A stretch of DNA of 64,000 bases from positions 5,580,001 to 5,644,000 of the forward strand of contig CM035353.1 in assembly GCA_020137815.1 (NCBI GenBank). Reading direction: 5' to 3'. Origin of the DNA: Hormiphora californensis. Lineage: Eukaryota > Animalia > Ctenophora. Within the stretch, counting starts at the first letter, position 1. Every line of letters begins with the position of its first letter. The notes under the pieces are model-generated. The model was not told the origin of the DNA. It saw only the letters and a program-made list of their open reading frames with translations, and did no database searches. Below, in pieces: positions 61,331-64,000 of the stretch. Position numbers and translations under genes: made by a program.

Positions 61331-62063
61331 CTAAGGAAACTCACCAATGTAGTCACCAAATCCGGTCTATTCAAATAAAACATAACGCTACCACCAAAAT
61401 GATTCTATACCAACGGTAGTTTAAAAGTGCACACTGGCAAAGTCCTGATCTCATCAGGTAGAGTCTGTTGAAACCATCACGGCAGAAGCAAATCCGCAAC
61501 TAGCAAAAGCGCAATACAAACCAAGTCACTAGCCTTTGGACTGGCCCCCCACAGCTAGATCGGCAAAACAAAAAAGAACAGCGCCACCTGGGTCGACTCG
61601 ATCATAGCTGCTATGACGACTCGATGGACCGAACCCTACCACTGTACCCCGATCAGAGGTACACGCCTGGAAACAGGCAGGTGGTAGTGCACAAATGGTG
61701 CCTCATCATGGTGAAGATGAACGCGCACTATCGTTCGGCGATTTAACCTATTCTGGGGAAACCCAGTACCGTAAGACTGGTACAGTAGTACTAGTGCGCC
61801 TGCTGTTGGTGGTGACCTTCATGCTCTTTATCGAAACAGTTCTCGTCTGTCGACTCGTGTCTTCCAATGGAAGGGTACTACTAGGGGGTACCGGGGAAAC
61901 CCGGCGCTACCTTGGTGGGACCTGACCGGGAGATCGAGCACGGCGCTCTGGGCAGCCATGTGTGTTGGTAACCTGAGGAGAGAATTGTGAAATCAAGGGA
62001 ACGCTGCTCCCCAACGACAGCAAGTGGGTGGAAGTACGGGAGGTACACGACACACACACACAC

Positions 62064-63307
62064 CTCGGTGTCAAGGAAATGCCTATGTGGCAAAAACCCT
62101 ACTGAACCCGGCAGCTCTGGTCTCGTACACTGCTATTCCTGCAATACTCACTATCATGCAGACTGCGTTGGCCTTAATTTCCTCTCTATTGCAAAAGGGT
62201 CCATCCCTATTACCGATGGTGTTTATAACGCCCCTGGTTGGTCTTGCCCTGTTTGTCTAGTTTTCGCCCAACTGATGCAACCCGACAGTGCATTATTCAA
62301 TAAAATAGCTGAAAACGCTGCCCGCATCTTCGCTTCTACCGCAACTGCTCCTACTAAAACCGTCACCCAGCAACACACTCGAGCTGAAAACGCGCCTACA
62401 GACATTGCTACTCCCCAATGTAACAGAGCAAACTACTCGGATGCTTTGAACATCAATACACCTGCCACAAGTGCAATTGATTCAACTGCCGCAGCTCCGC
62501 AACCCCAAGGTCATCCCCAGGCTAGAACTAAACAAACCCAGCAACAAACCCCCACCCAATCACAACCCCGTGAGAGAGTGCATAAGCTGCTTATTTCTTG
62601 CGGTGTTAACGACTCCAGTAAAACAGCCAAGTCTGTAAGTGACTGCCTTGCCGAGACACCTATGCTGTTCCTTGACACAAAAAAATGCTGCAGAGATCAA
62701 GATTGGATTCCCTGAATCAACTAACATTAATGCAGTAATACAGCTAGTCACAGAGGCGATACCCAAAGATGCAACAGTTACCACTCTATCCTCCACTGCT
62801 AAAGTGACTATACTGAATGTACCTGAAAACATTGAATCCTTGTCAAACGACCAAGCTAAGAATAAAGTGCTAACCATGCTCCAACTCAAAAACCCATGGC
62901 TCAAGACTGAAGAGGTAACCATCGTGTACATCAAAAGTCACTACCGGAATAAGGATAAATGTACCATTGGCCTGCGTCTACCGATTCCCGCACAACAGCG
63001 TCTCCTTGACGCCGGTAAAATATACTATGCAACATCCCGACTTAATGTTGTGGAACGTTTCCACATTCCACAGTGTATCAAATGCCACCGTTTCAACCAC
63101 AGGACCACTGAATGCACCAGCTCAGTACTAGTTTACAAACTTTGTGGAGATAATCACGATGTCAAGGATTGTACCGATAGGAAAAAACTGTTTTGTATTA
63201 ACTGCAGTAGTTCTGATGCATTCAAATCCGAGGCCAGCCGTCACCACAGTGGAGATAGATTGTGCCCTGTCCGCCAACAGTTGCAGCAGTTACATTCAAA
63301 AAACTAG
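62064..63307 (+). mobile_element. LINE ORF1 with N-terminal PHD finger and C-terminal CCHC knuckles; one slip at the A7 run 62679-62685
   Basis: CLC...CYSCNTHYHADCV...WSCPVC; CIKCHRFNHRTTEC; CINC...H...C; ends SKN*. Confidence 0.85.
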
Positions 63308-64000
63308 ATTTGCTCAATGTCCCTTATCTTCGGATCGGTAATCTTAATTGCTGCTCACTGCGAAACAAAACTGAAGAAGTACTAATTCTAGCCGCCGAAC
63401 AGGAACTAGATGTACTATGCATTACTGAGTCCTGGTTATCCCCTAATGATGAAGCCCTCTCAAGAGAAATCGCTGAGCTGAACTTCAATTTACTCTATGT
63501 GGCTAGAGGTAGCAGAGGTGGGGGCGTGGCACTCATTTATAGGGATGGAATAAATGTAAAGAAATGTAAACCGAAGAAAAAGTTCCTAACCTTTGAGCTT
63601 CTTGAAGCCACTATTTACGGTCCAGGTATTGATCTCACAAGAATAGCAGTAATCTACCGCCCTCCAAACCAACATAAGCAGATACAGTTTCTGGATGATT
63701 TTGAAGCTTTCTTGTCCTCTTTCTCTTCGAAGTCTGGCCATTTGATGATAACCGGGGATTTCAATATACATATCGAAAAGCCTACATGCACTCTTGCAAA
63801 CGGTTTCCTGCAAACCTTGGAAGACCATGGATGGATCCAGCATGTTCAAGAACCCACCCATATCCTAGGAGGAACCCTGGACCTTGTATTGACGAAGGAT
63901 GTCCCTATTGTAAGCTCTGTGAATGTTATCCCGACCCCCGAGGCTCCAGACCACTTTCTCGTTGACTTTCATCTACATTGTGGGTCAGCGAACAGGAAGC
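63298..64000 (+). mobile_element. LINE (L2/CR1-group) ORF2 apurinic-like endonuclease, running off the window end
   Basis: Open frame with NLNCCSLRNK, ITESW, GGGVA, IYRPP, GDFNIH, TLDLV and PDHF. Confidence 0.92.

Noticed and set aside
61810-61860. Hammerhead ribozyme (CGAAACAG...CTGTC)
   Set aside because: No CUGAnGA core and no stem I.

Overview
Eukaryotic (animal) genomic DNA. A ctenophore such as Pleurobrachia is my best guess, from recalled repeat families and gene architecture, and is unverified. Seven genes form two tightly packed, divergently oriented blocks. Minus strand: LRRC74-like (38226-39638), axonemal dynein heavy chain DNAH12-like (8465-37943) and a six-exon orphan class A GPCR (4304-7754). 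Plus strand: GPR107/108-like (40338-47583), a 62-aa single-TM small ORF (48195-48383), DARS1 (49265-56867) and ALG2 (57140-58342). Every one of the seven start codons sits 0-20 nt downstream of a splice-acceptor-like YAG, and two intergenic gaps are under 300 nt. This suggests a pair of divergent trans-spliced polycistronic units. Introns are filled with non-autonomous inverted-repeat/foldback elements, many with readable TSDs and several nested. DARS1 splice junctions are repeatedly duplicated into the adjacent introns. The window ends in LINE sequence: an RT/RNase H relic, a structured RNA-like segment, and an L2/CR1-type element whose AUG-less ORF2 overlaps ORF1 at an A_AAA_AAC slippery site. 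Segments 1-620, 22200-24245 and 29995-31960 look like unpolished long-read sequence, and the scattered +1 homopolymer frameshifts are probably assembly errors.
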